NCBI RefSeq assembly: GCF_009914755.1 | Contig: NC_060932.1 | Reading direction: 5' to 3' (one strand) | Source of the DNA: the human T2T-CHM13v2.0 reference genome, Homo sapiens | DNA: 64,000 nt | Shown: piece after piece, positions 38,801-57,045 of the stretch | Position numbering within the stretch: the stretch's first letter is position 1 | Layout: each line of letters begins with the position of its first letter | Made by a program: the position numbers and the translations under genes | The notes under the pieces: model-generated | The model's input: only the letters and a program-made list of their open reading frames with translations | Told to the model about the DNA's origin: nothing | Databases searched by the model: none

Positions 38801-40802
38801 ACTCTCTCCACCTTTGTCTAGTTAATTTCATCTTATCCTTCTGTTGTGAGCCCAAAGCACATTTTTTCAGAGAAGTCTTCTCTGATCACCTGCTCCCTGC
38901 AACATTCCTTATGTACAATCGTAGAATCATATTTCTATTTTCCAGACTACTTGAAATCAGTTTCTAATTAGTCATTTTTTTCAGTATGATTACTTTGATA
39001 TCTGTCACTCTATTAGGTTGAACATTATTTCTGTGTTTAGCTTACTATTGTATCTCTAGCACATGTCTAGCATATAATGGCTCAATAAGTATCTGAATAT
39101 TAAATGAATGACCGTCACTCACTTCCCTTTTACAACAGAGAAATTTGAGGCTCAGAGCAACATGCCCATTGCCATGGTACTAATAAAAGACTTTTGGGGG
39201 TCAGAGAGATTCAAACCCAAAGTTCAGCGTTGTCATTTATTCACTTGGGTAATTTTCTTTCCATCTCTTGTTCCCTTTTCCTTTACTTGTTAAATTCAGA
39301 TAATAGAAACTGAGAGGATGGTTGTAAGTTCTACAAGAGACAAAAATTATATATGGTGCTTGTGTACTATTAATACACTCTTAAATCCATGCATGTCTTT
39401 TAAGTCTATTTGCTGAAATTCTAATTCCAGTCTATGAAACAATTGATTTCTATATTGCCCAAAAACATCAATATCTCTTCCTACAAGTGGAAAATCTGAA
39501 GTAAAAAGAAAGTCAGTGCTAAAGGCAATTATCTCACCCTTTCTTTTCTCCTTTAGTTCACAATGGAATGACAGAAGAGATTATAAAATGAATTTTTTAA
39601 GGCAATAGAAATGGAAACAAAACTAACATTTATTTAGCTAATTTAGTATATTTTACAATGCTTGGCATAATCATATTGCTTTCTTACTTGTTCTGATTAG
39701 CAATGACTTGTCTGAATGACAGACCCAGGATGGGGATGCAAATGTTCTGGAAAAATGAAATGAAAGATTTCTCGTGGTGGAACAAGAGAGTGAACTCACA
39801 GTGTTTTTACTGGCAGATTTGCTAAGGGATGGAGCTAAGGAAACAGCCAAGATGGTAGCTAACGATGTTGTCAGGAGAAAAGGCTTATGCAATTAAAAAA
39901 AGAAAAGAAAAAGAAACAAAACAGAGGAGAATAAGCATCAGATTTCAAGAGACGTTTGACTCAGGTTTCTTGACACTTAATCTCGTGTTTGATCCACCAG
40001 GCCACCTGAGGTGCTCTATAATATTATTATGTCCAATCTATAATTTATATCTTCTATATCATATTCCTAAGCTATTAAAGGCAGAGCACAGACTAAGCAT
40101 ATTTATAGAAAATATACTACTGTAATAGCCAAGGAATATAAAAATACTATATAGCAAGGATTCTGTTTCAGGCTAAAAATGAAAGAAGGATATTGGAAAC
40201 CCCACGCATATGTGATTTAATATACATCATCTAATTCATTTAACTTCAAACTGCTTTAGTACAGTTATGTCAGAAGCAATAGTTACACATATTTAAAGTT
40301 TCAGCTGGAGAGAGCTGATCAAGCACCTTGACCTCTGTAGTGAGATGGTTGTATATAAGAACAGGTAAGGGAGTTGGAGTCAAATGGACCTGGGTTCAAA
40401 TCCTAGCTATGCCACTTATGATGTCTGTGATATTTGGGTTAGGAAATGAAAAGCAAGGATAGTAATGCGTCACAGGGTAGATATGATTTAATAAGTTTGA
40501 AAATTGTATGGATAATATCTATTTACTAATACCTGTAATATAGTCTAAATTTAATAAACACTGGCTCTTTTTCCTGAAAGCATTTGTCTTTGATTTACTT
40601 AATTTTTTTTTAAACAGAAGAGAACAGATAGAGTATATTTGAAATACTAAATGGTATGCAGCTGCCCTGCTGCTGGAAACAAGAAAGGAAATGTGCTTTG
40701 CTCACTGGCATGGTGCCACTCGTCCTCTCTGCACCCTGATTCCCTCCGCCTTCTCTACCTGAATCTCCTCTACTTTAAGGGAAAAACAGTGATTAAGGGT
40801 GA

Positions 40803-41199
<397 letters not shown>

Positions 41200-41409
41200 G
41201 ACTCAAGCTTTTAATACATATTTTGTATATGCAGACATACCAGTTACTATTTTTTGTTGAGTTAATTACAGTGTTGCCTAGACGTGATAAGACTGAATAT
41301 CCATGTCTTGCTCCTGACTTCCAGGGGAAAGCATTTATTTTTTCACCATTAAGTGAGATGTTAACTGTATAATTTCTGTAGACGCATTTGGACTAAGAAA
41401 TGTCTTTTA

Positions 41410-41824
<415 letters not shown>

Positions 41825-42215
41825 TTAGTATGGTTAATTAAATTGATGGCATCAAATACTAAAATATTAAGTCAAACTTACATTCCTGATATTAAATTAT
41901 TTTTGATCTTGATGTATTATCCTTTTTTATATATGGTTTGATTCAAGTCAGCGAAGTCTTGTTAGGAATTTTTGAATCTATATTGATGAGGGCTATAGGT
42001 CTGTAGTTTAGCTACATTTTTCTTCTAATTTCTTACTGTTTTGATATCACAAGAGTGATGACCTTATAAAATGATTTGGGATATATTTCTTTAAATTTCT
42101 GGAAGAATTTTTGCAGAATTATATTATTTCTTCCTTAAATACTTGGTATAATTCACAAATAGTTTCAGGGCCTGGAGTTTTCTTTGTGGGAAGGATTTTC
42201 ACTGTAATTCTGTTA

Positions 42216-42538
<323 letters not shown>

Positions 42539-42815
42539 TCAGTATAATGCAATTTAGGTTATCTGTGTCTTCTTTCATGAATCTTAGAATTTATTGTCTT
42601 TCAGGGATTTTTTTCCCATTTAATGTAAATGGTTGAATTTACTTGCATAAAGTTGTAAATAGTATTCCATTATATACATGGAGTCTATATTGATACCACA
42701 TTTTTCATTGTAACATTGCTAATTTGTGTCTTTCTTCTTATATGCTATTAGTCTGGTTAGAAGTATATTAATTTTACTGACAGTCTGAAAGAACTAGGTT
42801 TGAGTTTCTATTATT

Positions 42816-43122
<307 letters not shown>

Positions 43123-46108
43123 TAAAATTATTTTTCTATCATTTACTATTGTTTTTCTATTTTCTATTTCATTGAGATCCACTGTTAACTTTATTATTTC
43201 CTTTAAGGCTTCCTTGATATTTGTTCTTCATTCTACTTTCTGAGGATGGATGCTGTTACTGATTTGAGAAAGTTTTCCTTACTCATACAGTTATTTGGGG
43301 CTCTCCACATCTCTAATTCTGCTTTAGCAGTGTCCCACAAATCTTGACATTTGGTATTTTCATCTTCATTCATTTCAAAATACCGAATTTTAAAATTTTC
43401 TCTTTTAATCTTTTTGGTGCATGAATTGTCATTTAGAAGTGTACTATTTAGTTTCCCACATTTGTGTATTTTTCAGATATCTTTTTGTTATTGATTACAA
43501 ATCTAATTCCATTGTGAAAAAACAACATACTTTTTATTACTTGAATTCTTTTACTTCTTTTTGTCCAGAATATAGTCTATCTTGGTAAATGTTCTGTTTG
43601 CACATAAAAAGAATTCGTATTGCACTATTGTTTGGTAGAATGATTTATAAGTATCTATTAAGTTGCTCGATAGTATTGTTTGCATCTTCCTTATCTTACT
43701 GTTTTTCTGTGTATTTTTTCAACTAATGTGGAAGTACCATTAAAATCTCTAATAGTGGGTTCACCTACTTCTTCTTGAGGTTCTGTTACTTTTTGCTCCA
43801 TATATTTTATTGATTTTAAGCAATTTGATTATGATAGGCCATATCAAGATTTTTATCATGTGTGATGCACTTGATGTCCACTGAACTTCCTGGATATGTG
43901 GAGTTATTGTTTTCAGCAAATTTGGAATATTTTGAGTAATTATTTCTTCAAAAATTATTTCTGTTTCTTCTCTTCTCATTTGAGGACTCATTGGGCCTCT
44001 TGAAATTGTCCCACACCTCACTGATTCTCCATTTTTTTCAGGCTTTTTTTTTTTTTTTTGCCTGTTTTCACTTTGTATAGTTTCTACTGGTGTCTTTAAG
44101 CTTATTAATCTGTTTTTCTGCAGTGTCTAATATGCTATTAATCCCATCCATTGTATTTTTCACTGTATACATTGTAGTTTTCATCTGTAAAAGTTCGATT
44201 TTGACATTTTAAATATTTTCTATGTCTTTATGTAATGTTTTCAATATTTCCTCTGGTTTCTTAAACATACAGAATACAGTTATGATATCTGTTTAAATGT
44301 CACTTTATTCTATGCTTATTTTGTATCAGTTTTAATTGACTTTTTTTTCCTCAGTATTGGTTATATTTTCTTGCTGCTTTACAAGCTTTGGAATTTTTTA
44401 TTGGGTACCCCACATTGTCAATTTTATTTTTAAGTATTGGATAATTTTTCCTTCTATACATGTTCTAGAGCTTTGTACTGAGACATGGTTAGGTTATATG
44501 AAAACAGTATGTTCCTTTGAGTCTTTATTTTAAGTCTTATTTGGCAGGAACAGAACCATCTTTAATATAAGGTTGACTTTCCCCACTACCGAGGCATAAC
44601 TTTTTTGGTACACTGCCCAATGCCCAGTATACTATGAGGTTTTCCACTTTGATTGGTTGAAACAGACACTATTGGTACTATGTAAACCCCGGGAATTCTT
44701 TCACTGATTCATCCCTCAGCCTTGGGTGCTTCTCTCTGACGTTTTTTCTCCGTTAAGCTCCCTCCTCTCTGATACTTCCCTGTGAACTCTTGCCATTTGC
44801 TTCTTCCTAAACTTCTTACTTCAGCCTCTCCACTCAGGAAGATAGATAGCAGAGCTCTACCTGGGCTCCCCCTTCCCTGTAATACAGCCTGGAAACTCTC
44901 TCCAGGGAATAATCCAAGACAGTCAGAAGATTCACCAATTTTGTCTTCCAGCTTTCAGTTATCATTGTCCTTCATTATGTCATGTCCAATATGCTGAGAA
45001 GTGTGGTTTTACATCTTTTGACAGTTTTTCTTTTTTTTTTTTCTTGAATTAAGGTAAATCCTGTCCCTTTTACCCCATTTGGCAAGAAGTAAAAGTCACA
45101 AATCAGATCTGGTTATTAGTTCCAGTTCTATTATTTCCTTACTTTCTAGAAGTCAGTAAGCATAATAAAATGATTCATTGATTCAGATGAAGGTTGAATA
45201 TCTACTTTCCAAACATTTTTTTCCCAAATCATATATAACATTGGTGTGAGTGGCTAGGACCAATTGGAAGGCACATAATGATACTATGCTCTGTAATGAA
45301 TCAACATGTTTTATCCTTGCTTCCCTCTTTAGAAAGTTCAACCACATAGGAAAAATCATTTGAAAACTTTGAAAAAAGTGTAGTATGGAAATGGTTTAAC
45401 TTGACATTAAATTTGAAATAAGAAGACTTTTTTTTTTTTTTTTTTAACCTATCATTATTTTCTTAGAGAGAAATCAGTGTAGCCTATAGTGGAAAGCAAG
45501 AACAGTAGCAAACTCCTTTTTGTTGACTAAGTTAAGAGTTATATTTCCTACAGTTATTTCCCTTCTTATAAGAATTATAGTTAACAATAAATATTGTATA
45601 GTTTCAAATAGCTAGAAGAAAGATATTGAATGTTTCGTGACTCCAGTAAAACACAAATCATAAAAAGCAACCTGAAGGGTTTTGAATTTTTACAAAGAAA
45701 TATATCAGATCATGGCACTTAACTGCTTAAACCATTATAATACATTCTATTGAATTTTGAATTTGAATTTCACATGATTCATGTAAAGCAGTCATATTAT
45801 TTATGTTAAAATTTAAACTCTGCATGGCCTGCAAGATTGTCCCAGATCTAGCCCTTGCCTATCCAACATCGTGTCTTACCCTTCTTCCCTTGGCCCTTAG
45901 GCCTTCTGTTTCTTATACCTACAAAGTTAGCACCTACAACAGAGCCTTTGCACAAGCCATTTCTTCTTCTGGAATAGTTTTTTGTTTGTTTGTTTTTCTT
46001 TAATTATTGCATGACTACCTCCTTCCCAGATTTCAAGTTTCAACTAAAATATCACTTCTCTGGGAAGTCTTTTCTGACCACACTAGTTAACATTGTAAGC
46101 TTACCCAC

Positions 46109-47031
<923 letters not shown>

Positions 47032-48025
47032 CCCAGAGCCACTTTCATTATTCCCACTGCATTATTTTATTTTCTTCATAGCTGAAAACTCTTTGAAATT
47101 TTAAAAATATTTTTCTTGTTTACTTCAGGATCTACACATAGAATTATATGTTCCACTAGAAAAGCAATTTTAGTTGTCGTTCTGCAAAGTTGATTCTGGC
47201 CATTCTGGCTGTTTGAGAAATAGATTGGAGAGCATTATAAATCTGTTTCTATTTTTCTGTTTAAAAAAGAGGAGCTAATATATACTGTATAATATTGAGA
47301 TTTGTCAGTGGGACAAAATAACCGTTTTTGGTATTCTTCAATTTGCTGCATAATTAAGTATGAGGGAAAGAGTCAAAATTCTTAAAAATGAAAGAAGCAC
47401 CATGCCAAAAATTTGCATATATCAGAGACATGCAGCTCTGTTAGTTTTCACATAATACAATTGTTTATGGAAGCCATACAACATTTCAGCACAGAATTTT
47501 ACTTTGCATCATAATATTTTTTGTAGTTACTATAGTTATTGTGACCCCATGTAGTGATGGCTCCAGAGCATTCCTCTCTTGTATGTTTTATGCCCAAAGA
47601 GATCCTCATATCCAGGGCTTTCAGCAGATCTATTTTGTGAATTCTTGCTATTATTATCCTGAAAAGATAATCAGCAATTGCTCATGCTAAAAGAGGAGGG
47701 AGCAAACTACATGCTTGTCTTTTGTACTCTTATGGAAAGAACTGAACTGTGGGATGCTCTTCTTTAATTTTATGAAATAGCAATGAAAAAATGTATACTT
47801 CATTGTTTTTAAATCATTCTATTTTCAGGCAACTTACTCTGTTGGATGAAAAGTTTTTCAAGCCCAGCACTCTGTGATTTATTATATTTATGTTCGTCTT
47901 AGAACTAAACAAATAAATGTTGCATTTAATAATGCCGTGAATGAAAATGGATTGCACTATTCAGTACTCTTCCTGCCTAATTTTTGTGGCTGTTGGCAAC
48001 TGCAACCTTGCATATGCAATGTCAC

Positions 48026-48390
48026 TATTGCAGAAAAACAAGGTTCTTGTCACACAACCAGGAAGAGACACAAAGACACTTTGAAGGGTGAGGGGGAATG
48101 GAATTTATTGGGCGAAAAGGAAACAAAAAATCCAGCAAAGCTAGAGGGGTTCCTGTTAATGGGCCCCCATCTCGCAGATTGAATCCCAGGCTACCACCCA
48201 GAAACAGGAGAGACCAGGCTTCTCCCTGCTGCAAAAGGTGTGAACTTCCTGAGGCCCTACCCTGTCCTCCCAGTGAACAGGCTGGTCAGATTCTCTGGGA
48301 CCGGCAGTCTGGTTTTTCAGCTTTCAGGCTGTTTTAGGCTTGAAGGCAGGGTTTCACCGGGAGACCCTTGGCTACCTCCTGTCTCTATCA
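48026..48390 (-). mobile_element. Solo ERV1 LTR, MER61A/B-like
   Basis: Reverse strand starts tgatagagacaggaggtagccaagggtc and contains cgcccaataaattccattccccctcacccttcaaagtgtc; 4-bp TSD TCAC. Confidence 0.8.
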
Positions 48391-49671
48391 TCACCTTTTA
48401 ATCTCAGGTCTTCAAAAGTTTTAAGATTATGCTCAATAAAAATGTTCCATCATAGGCTGGTAAAACACTAGGTAAAAGCCCTAAAACCCAAACTCTTGAT
48501 TTAAACCAGTTTTGATAAAATCATCTGGATCCATTTCATGATTTCAAACATGGCAAACAGCCTCAGACATATGTATAGAAGTATTAGTCCATATTTTTTT
48601 TGGTATAAGTTAAAGGTTTCTAGAAATAACTCCACCCAAAATAAGTATGCCTCCCATTAAATCTCATTGGTGCTTAAAATTATACTATTAATTCATTTTA
48701 AAAAATGTGTATGTGTGCGTGTGTGTGTGTGTATTGCCCAAGATGTACTGATTTATTGCTGGAAAGTAATGGAGGTAATATAACAAATCTCTCATTTCTT
48801 ACATCTTGTTCCTTGAAAGAGGGATCCATTTTAACTTGGTAAATAGAAAAACATATAGGGAAGGGAACAAAAAGGTAACCCTAGGGTCAAATATTGTCTC
48901 CACCACTTATTACAATAATTATAGAAATAGTATTCTCAAATATTAAATAAAAATACATACAGGATTCACGTAAGAAAAACTATAAAGCTCTTATGAAATA
49001 GATCAAACAACTAAATAAATGGAGAGGTATTCTATGTTCATGCAAAGGAAGACTCAATTTGCCAAGGTATCACTTCTTCCCAGCTTGATCTATAGATTCA
49101 ATGCAATCTTAGTCAAATCTCAGCAAGTTATTTTCTGTGGCTGTCAACAAACTGATTGTAAAGATGATAATGGAGAGGTAAAAGACTCAGAATAGACAAT
49201 ACGATACTGAAGGAGAACAAAATCAGAAGACTGACACTACCTGACTTTAAGACTTACTATAATGCTACAGTAATCAAGACAGTCCAGTATCGGTGAAAGA
49301 ATAGACAAATGAATGCAACACAATAGAGAGCCCAGAAATAGACCCACATACGTAGTTAAGTGATCTTTGACAAAGGGACAAAGTTGACAATCTTTTCATC
49401 AAATGATGCTGAAACAACTGGACATCCACGTGCAAAAAAAGAAAAAAAGAATTTAGATAGAGGCTTCGTATACAAAAATTAACTCAAAATGGAACACAGA
49501 CCTACAGGTAAAAAGCAAAACTATAAATGTCCTGGAAGATAGTGTAGTAGAAAACTATAGAGTGGCTTTGGGCTTTGTGATGACTTTTTAGATATGACAT
49601 AAAAAAATATGACCCATGAAAGAAAGAACTAATAAGCTGGCCTTCACACTGACGTTAAAATGTTCTGCCCT

Positions 49672-50367
<696 letters not shown>

Positions 50368-50476
50368 TTAACAAAGGGCTTTTGCATGTATGATACAGGA
50401 CTGTTATCCAAAATATACCAAAAACTCTTAGAACTCAACAATAAGCAAAGAAACAATTCATTTAAAAAATTGGCCA

Positions 50477-51160
50477 ATGAATAAAATCTAGTATTCAGTA
50501 GCATAATAGGGTGTCTATAGTTAGCAATAATATATTGTATATTTAAAAATAGCTGAAAAAGTGGAATTAGAATGTTCTTAACACTATTAAAGCGAACTAA
50601 ATATGGCCTGAGAAGGACTTCGTACTTCTATATTTGCATCCTTGTGAACCAATTGTAACCTAACTTAATAGGTAGACAAGACTGATAACCTAACTTAGGA
50701 GTATGCATCTCTAACAATAGCTGAGTCTTGGCCAATCCAAGCAGGCATACTTCAGCCACTCATACACTGCTGAGTGTTCAAACTATGTTCAAATAAGGCA
50801 AACACCAACCTGTAACCAATCCAGCTGTTTCTGTAACTCACTTCTGATTTCTGTACGTAATTTTCCCTTTTTGGTCTATACATTTGTTTTAGCCATGAGG
50901 CATCCCTGGAGTCTCTCTGAATCTGCGGTGATTCTGGAGGCTGCCTGATTTGCAAGTCTTTTTTTTTTTTTCTTGCTCAATTAAACTCTGTTAAATTTAA
51001 TTTGTCTGAAGTTTTCTTTTAACAACACAAAGAAAGGATAAGTCCTTGGGGTGAGGGATACCCCAACTCTTCTGATTTGATCATTACACATTTTATTCCT
51101 GTATCAAAACATCACATGTATCCCACAAATATACACACGTATTATGTAACCACAATAATT
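50477..51160 (+). mobile_element. L1MA 3'UTR fragment split by MER57
   Basis: atagggtgtctatagttagcaataatatattgtatattt...gaatgttcttaacac[insert]aaagaaaggataa...tgtatcaaaacatcacatgtatcccacaaatatacac. Confidence 0.8.
50585..51024 (+). mobile_element. Solo ERV1 LTR, MER57A1-like
   Basis: tattaaagcgaactaaatatggcctgagaaggact...gaagttttcttttaaca; 4-bp TSD ACAC. Confidence 0.88.
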
Positions 51161-53815
51161 TTAACTGGTCAGTAACTTTTAACAGGCACCTCAGCAAATA
51201 AGACACAAAGATGGCAAATAATTATATAAAAATATGTTCTGCATCTATGTTATAAGGGAAACACAAATTAAAACAGCAATTAGATATCACTATACAGCTA
51301 TTAAAAATACCCAAAGTTTAGAACACTGACAACATCAAATGCTGTCAAGGGTATGGAGGAACAGGAACTCTCATTCACTGCAGGTAGGAAAGCAATGTGC
51401 TACAGTGTTGTTGGAAGATGGTTTGACAATTTCTTACAAAACTAAACATAGTCTTATTACACAATCCAGAAATCACCCTCCTTGGCACATTCCCCAAACA
51501 AGTTGAAAATTTATGTTCACGAAAAACCCTGCACATAAATGTTTATAAAAGATGTATTGATAATTGCCAGAATTTAGAAGCAACCAAGATTTCCTTCAGT
51601 AGGTTAATTAATAAATTAACTGTGGTCCATCTAGACAATAGAATCTTATTCAGCACTACAAAGAAAGGTGCTATCAAGCCATGAGAAGACATGGAGGAAG
51701 CTTAAGTACATACTACTAAACGAAAGAAGCCAGTCCCGAAAGGCTACATGTTGCTTGATTCCAACATTCTCATTAATGGGAATATGACATTCTCATTAAC
51801 TAAGTAGAGCAAAGCTATGAAAACAGCTTAAAGATCAGCAGTTGCAAAGGGTTAGTGGGAAAGAAAGGCTGAGCACAGAGAATTTTTAGGTCAGTGAAAA
51901 CTACTTTGTATGATTCTGTAATGATAGATACATGTCATTATACATTTGTCCAAATCCATAAAATGTGCGACAGCAAGATGGAACCCTAATTTAAACGATG
52001 GTCTTCAGGTGATGATATATTAATGTAAGTTAACAAATTGAAGGTTAAACTTAAGGGAGATGGGTTGGGTACTTTTCTTGGTGGATCTTGTGAGGTTTTG
52101 CACATCTGATTGAGCAGTTGTCCAAGGGGGAAGGCTTTAAGTATGCCAACATGAACTGATGTTATGCAGACATCCTTCTGGTCTTCTGAAATGGGAGTAT
52201 TGAGATTTTTATTAATAAAACTTAAATTTTTAGGTAAAGGTGCTAATTCCAAGACAAGTCTGCTTGATTGCTTTTCTGGTTGCAGACATTTAGATTTCAT
52301 TATAAGTTTTTGTTTCCTTTTCTGAAAATGCTTTTTCCTAAGAGAGGAAAATGAAATCCTTTAGTGGAAAGGAAATAATTGAAATAAGATTGGAATTTTA
52401 GAATGTAGATATAGGTTGCAAAACAGGAATTTGATGGAAAGAAGTTACTTAAATCAGATAGCTATCGATTCAATTCAAGAATTCAAATCCATGATTATTA
52501 GCATTATATTGTGCTAGATAGTAATCTATCAGGATGAAATCTCCATACCTTTAAAATAAGTAATAATAATACATACTCCATTGAATTGTGAAGAGATCTG
52601 AGACAGTCTATGAAAATAGCCTTCTACAAAATGTTGTTTACCCTACCTTACCCAAAATAATTTACGTTATTTTCAATTCTGCTGAAGTCTCAAGAATTAT
52701 CATTATGGGTGTTAGGTGCTTTTAATACATAACTAATTAAAATTGTGTTCTTAGTTTTATATTTCTGATAAATATATTTCATTTATATTTGTCTATGTTA
52801 AAATTATTTTGTTTTTATTGTACTAATTATTACTCATATATTGGTTCTACTACTAGGCACTGTTGCAGTTATATGGAAAATTAGGATGTGAGAACAGGAT
52901 ATAATATATAGACATTTTGGAAAATTTTGATTTAGCTTGATAATCAGATGTTAATAATAACCGAACAATCTTATTAAGGCTTAAATTTGTTATTAATGAA
53001 AAATTAATCTAACTTGTGTTGTTATTCCAGTATAAAATTTTTTGCATGATCTGTAAAGACTTATAGAGTCGTAAGTTTTTGGACTTTAATTCTGAAAGAG
53101 AATTGAGAAAACACTTTGTGTAACTCCACAATTTATAAGTGAAGAAACCAAGGTCCTGTATTTATAAATGTTGTCTATCATCCAGGCTACAGGATAGACT
53201 ATGTAATTATATATGTAGTTTAATGTGAAATTATATATAAATAACCACAGATAAAAACCTAGACGATATGCAGCCTGGGAGTCAACCATAAGCCCATCAT
53301 CTGGGACACTTCTTCACCCCTCCCTTGGATTCTTTAAACAAACAAAGATTTCTGCTCAGTTTTCCTTCTTTAGTAGAGTTGTCCCTAAAACCAGAGTCCG
53401 TGTCTGATACGTACTCGCCTTCATGGTGCGATGGAATAGAATGTACATAGAATTTCTTTAGTGTCACCATTTCACATTTCCCATTTGACATTTGCATGTG
53501 TTATTCTCTCCTTGTATCCTTTCCAGATACACTCCAACAGGGCAAGGGTTGGAGTGCTTCCAGTGCTATGCACAAATGTGGGCTCATTGTAGATACTTAA
53601 TAAATACTTGTTGAATCAACAATAAGTAAAAAGCAAAATGCAATCAAATGCCATTTTGGCAATTCCCCCCCAATTCTAGAATTTCCAGGGCAATTTTCCT
53701 GACTACATTTGCCATACTGGTGGTCTTAAGAATCATATCAGTCTTCAGTTTATTCCTAATTGTAATTATTTTTAGAGGAATTCTGAGATATCTATTTTAC
53801 CTATATACAAAGCAA

Positions 53816-53822
53816 CTGTGTC

Positions 53823-53853
<31 letters not shown>

Positions 53854-53893
53854 CACACACACAGAGAAAGAGACATAGAGAGACAGAGAGAGA
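53816..53893. repeat. Compound (TG)n(AG)n(AC)n microsatellite
   Basis: tgtgtgtg...agagagag...acacacac...agag. Confidence 0.9.
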
Positions 53894-54349
53894 AGCAAAG
53901 TGTTAAGAAGCAATAATTAATTTGTTGCAAAGAAGAAATTCAAAAAAAGAGAAAACAAATACCATATCTGATGAAACCCTGAAGATATTAAAATAGCTTT
54001 TCTAAATATAAAATAACAATAAAAAGTCCAAACCTCATTATTACTTTATAACTCAGTAATACATGCCCATTCTCTGATTTGAACCTGTGAGATAACTATA
54101 ATTATTAGCCCCATTTCAAAACAATAAAGTAAGGTTAATAATAACTCATGTGGTTCCCACTATTTAGCTAAGTACTCTGTGTTAATAAAATATATGCATG
54201 AATTAACTTAGTTAATCCTCACAAAGATCTAATGATGTAGTATGTATACTTTTCATCATCCTAAAGTAGGAACTGAGTCTTAGAAAGGTACATGTAGCTT
54301 AATGTCACACAACTACTTGGTTGCTCACTGTAAATTTTCTCTCTCCTCA

Positions 54350-54620
54350 CTTCCCACCTCCATAGAAATGCGTAAATGGCGACAGTAGAGCCAGCCTTCA
54401 TGAATCCAGAAATGTGAGCCACATTTTGAGGATAGCAGAGTCACTGCAGAAGCCTGGATCCTTGCATAACCTTGTCGAGTGGGAAAATCTACCCATACTT
54501 GACCAACCACCTAACTGGGGGCTCTACATCTGAGAGAAATGATTTTTTATCTTATTTAAGCCACTGTAGTTAGGAGTCAGTTTATTACAGGACATTGCCT
54601 GGTGTTCCAACAAATAAACT
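54350..54620 (+). mobile_element. Old MaLR LTR fragment (MLT1I/J-like)
   Basis: gaggatagcagag...agcctggatcctt...gagagaaat...tatcttatttaagccactgtag. Confidence 0.55.
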
Positions 54621-56342
54621 ACCTTATTTGTTTCAATAAATAAAGTGGCTTTTATTTACTATTTTGGGGATGGCTAAAAAATTATCAAACTAGGTAGAAC
54701 TAAACTAAAGTTTCAGATGAAAGAAGATCTTCATAAGCAACATCACCATCTTGTCACAGCAGCCAAATGGTGGCATGTCATTTCTTCCAGGAAAGTATAT
54801 ATACTCTGAATGTATCATGTTTCAGCATTGCTCTGTTATAGGCTTGTATATCTAATTTTGTCATCACACAAGATCTATTGGGCTGGATTAAAATTAACCA
54901 AGATCATAAGACAAATGTGTAAAAACATTAAATTTTTCATTTACAATGAGAAATCATTGTCATGCAATGAGACATACTTAATTTCACGCAACCAATTTAT
55001 TTTCTTCATGTAGTCAAGATAAACAAGATGCCAGACAGTAATCAGAGGCTACTGCATAGTTTTATGAGAACTGAACCTACTCAAAGTCTATAAAATCAGC
55101 ACCTTGAGTCCCTGAAGGCAGATGTACATAGGAAGCCAAATTTTAATCAGGAGATTGCTTCATGAACCTGGAAGCAGATGTGGGGAGTTGGATGATTCAT
55201 ATGTCAAATGGTGCATCACACAACAGTGATGTTCTTGGCAATAGGGACAGACATGAGATAGGACAGCTTTAACTAAGATCATCGTCACAATGCTATCTGC
55301 ATTTGCAGATTTAGAGTGGCTTTATAACAAGGATCAAAAAAACTCAAAGTCCAAGCAAAGGCTAAGGATTCACCTCTGCTTCTACACTGTGTTTATTTCC
55401 ACTACATATTTTTGCCCTCTTTTCTTATAATTCTTCTGATCCACTTATTCTGTGTTTATATCTGCTATTACACTACTTTGAACTAATTTGGTCATATGTT
55501 TTCTCCTGTCAAAAAAGTTGATTTATTGCTTAATTCTCAAAGTACAATATTGTTTAAATTATTTCTGGGCCGAGATTAGAGTCCCCAGGTATTAACAGTA
55601 GAACAAAGTTTTCCAGAAGTTCATTTTAAAAGAAAAACATTAAAGTCTTACTTACTATAGTTTACCAGAATGTAATCACTCCTTGTTTTTCCGACTGTGA
55701 GATTTGACTTCATTTATTTTAGCTTTCTTAAGCCATTTACCTATGTATTAGTTTATAATTTGGTAATTTTATACCTCTGCAGTTCACACTTCAGCTTGCA
55801 AGTGCCTTAAAGGGAGGAGCTATTTGCAATTCATTACTGTGGTGCCTTCAACACGTAGGAGAATTTTTCACAAACATGAGCTTAACAAACACTGGAATAA
55901 TTGATTCAGTAAAAAAATAATGAGAACACCTGGGGCTAAAAGTGTGCTAAATTCTTCCTGTCCATATGCCATAACTAGGGGATCCTGGCTAACATGATGA
56001 CAGTATTTTTTAGTCAACATATGTTACCTTATACAGAACACCTTGTACTCGTTAGAGGATAATAATTAAAAAATTTACTATTATACATGATATAATCACA
56101 TGCTAACATAATCTTGATATTAATGGCCTAAAATGAGCACATAATATATGTTTTATGTCAATCTCTCCTAAATATTTTGAAGGGCTAGCATTATTATTCT
56201 CCTCTTCAGCTATAGAAACCAAGGCACAGAAAGGGCAAATCACTCACTGTCCCCTAGCCTGTCACTATTAAATTCAGGATGTGTGCCCAATCAGACACAT
56301 GTCAGAGCCTATGCTCTTAACCACTGTGCTAAGCTTTCTCTT

Positions 56343-56764
56343 TGTGTTAGGCCATTCTCACATTGTTATAAAGAAATACCTGAAACTGGGTAATTTATAA
56401 AGAAAAGAGGTTTAATTGGTTATGGTTCCATAGGCTGCACAGAAAGTGTGATGCTGGCATCTGCTCAGCTTCTGAGGCCTCAGGAAACTTACAGTCATGG
56501 TGGAAAGGGAAGAGGGAGCCAGCATGTCATGTGGCTGGAGCAGGAGCAAGAGAGCAAAGGAGAAGGTGCCACACACTTTTAGACAACCAGATCACACAAG
56601 AACTCACCCACTATCTTGAGAACAGCACCAAGGGGATGGTGCTGAACCATTCATGAGAAATCTACCCGCATGACCCAATCACGTCCCACCAGGCCCCACC
56701 GTTAACATTGGGAATTACAATTTGACATGAGATTTGGGCAGGGACTCAGAACCAAACCATATCA
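56343..56764 (-). mobile_element. Solo MaLR LTR, MSTA-like
   Basis: tgtgttaggccattctcacattgttataaagaaatacctga...gagatttgggcagggactcagaaccaaaccatatca; TSD ctctt/ctcct. Confidence 0.9.
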
Positions 56765-57007
56765 CTCCTATATCTGGATTTTCAGAAATGATCTAGACTA
56801 ATCTCTTTACTCATAGGTATGAAATAATGCGATACAAAGATGACTTTTTAATAGGTATGGTTTGATTAAAATGTTTAGTGCGTGTGTGTGTGTAGGTATC
56901 ATAGATGGTTGGAAGTTTCTTCTTTTTAACCTTTATATTGTATCCTACCTTTGCTCTGTTCTTTATAGCTTTTAATGTTTTATCATATTTATTTAGTTCC
57001 TTGCTGC

Positions 57008-57045
57008 ACACACACATGCACATACACACACACACACACACACAC
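57008..57045. repeat. Imperfect (CA)n microsatellite
   Basis: cacacacatgcacatacacacacacacacacacacac. Confidence 0.9.

Noticed and set aside
39690-39900. Protein-looking frame (ERFLVVEQESELTVFLLADLLRDGAKETAKMVANDVVRRKG)
   Set aside because: Bounded by in-frame stops, with no convincing splice sites and no family I recognise
48026-48390. Possible p53 response element in the MER61 LTR
   Set aside because: I found no RRRCWWGYYY pair in this copy; such sites are typical of other MER61 subfamilies
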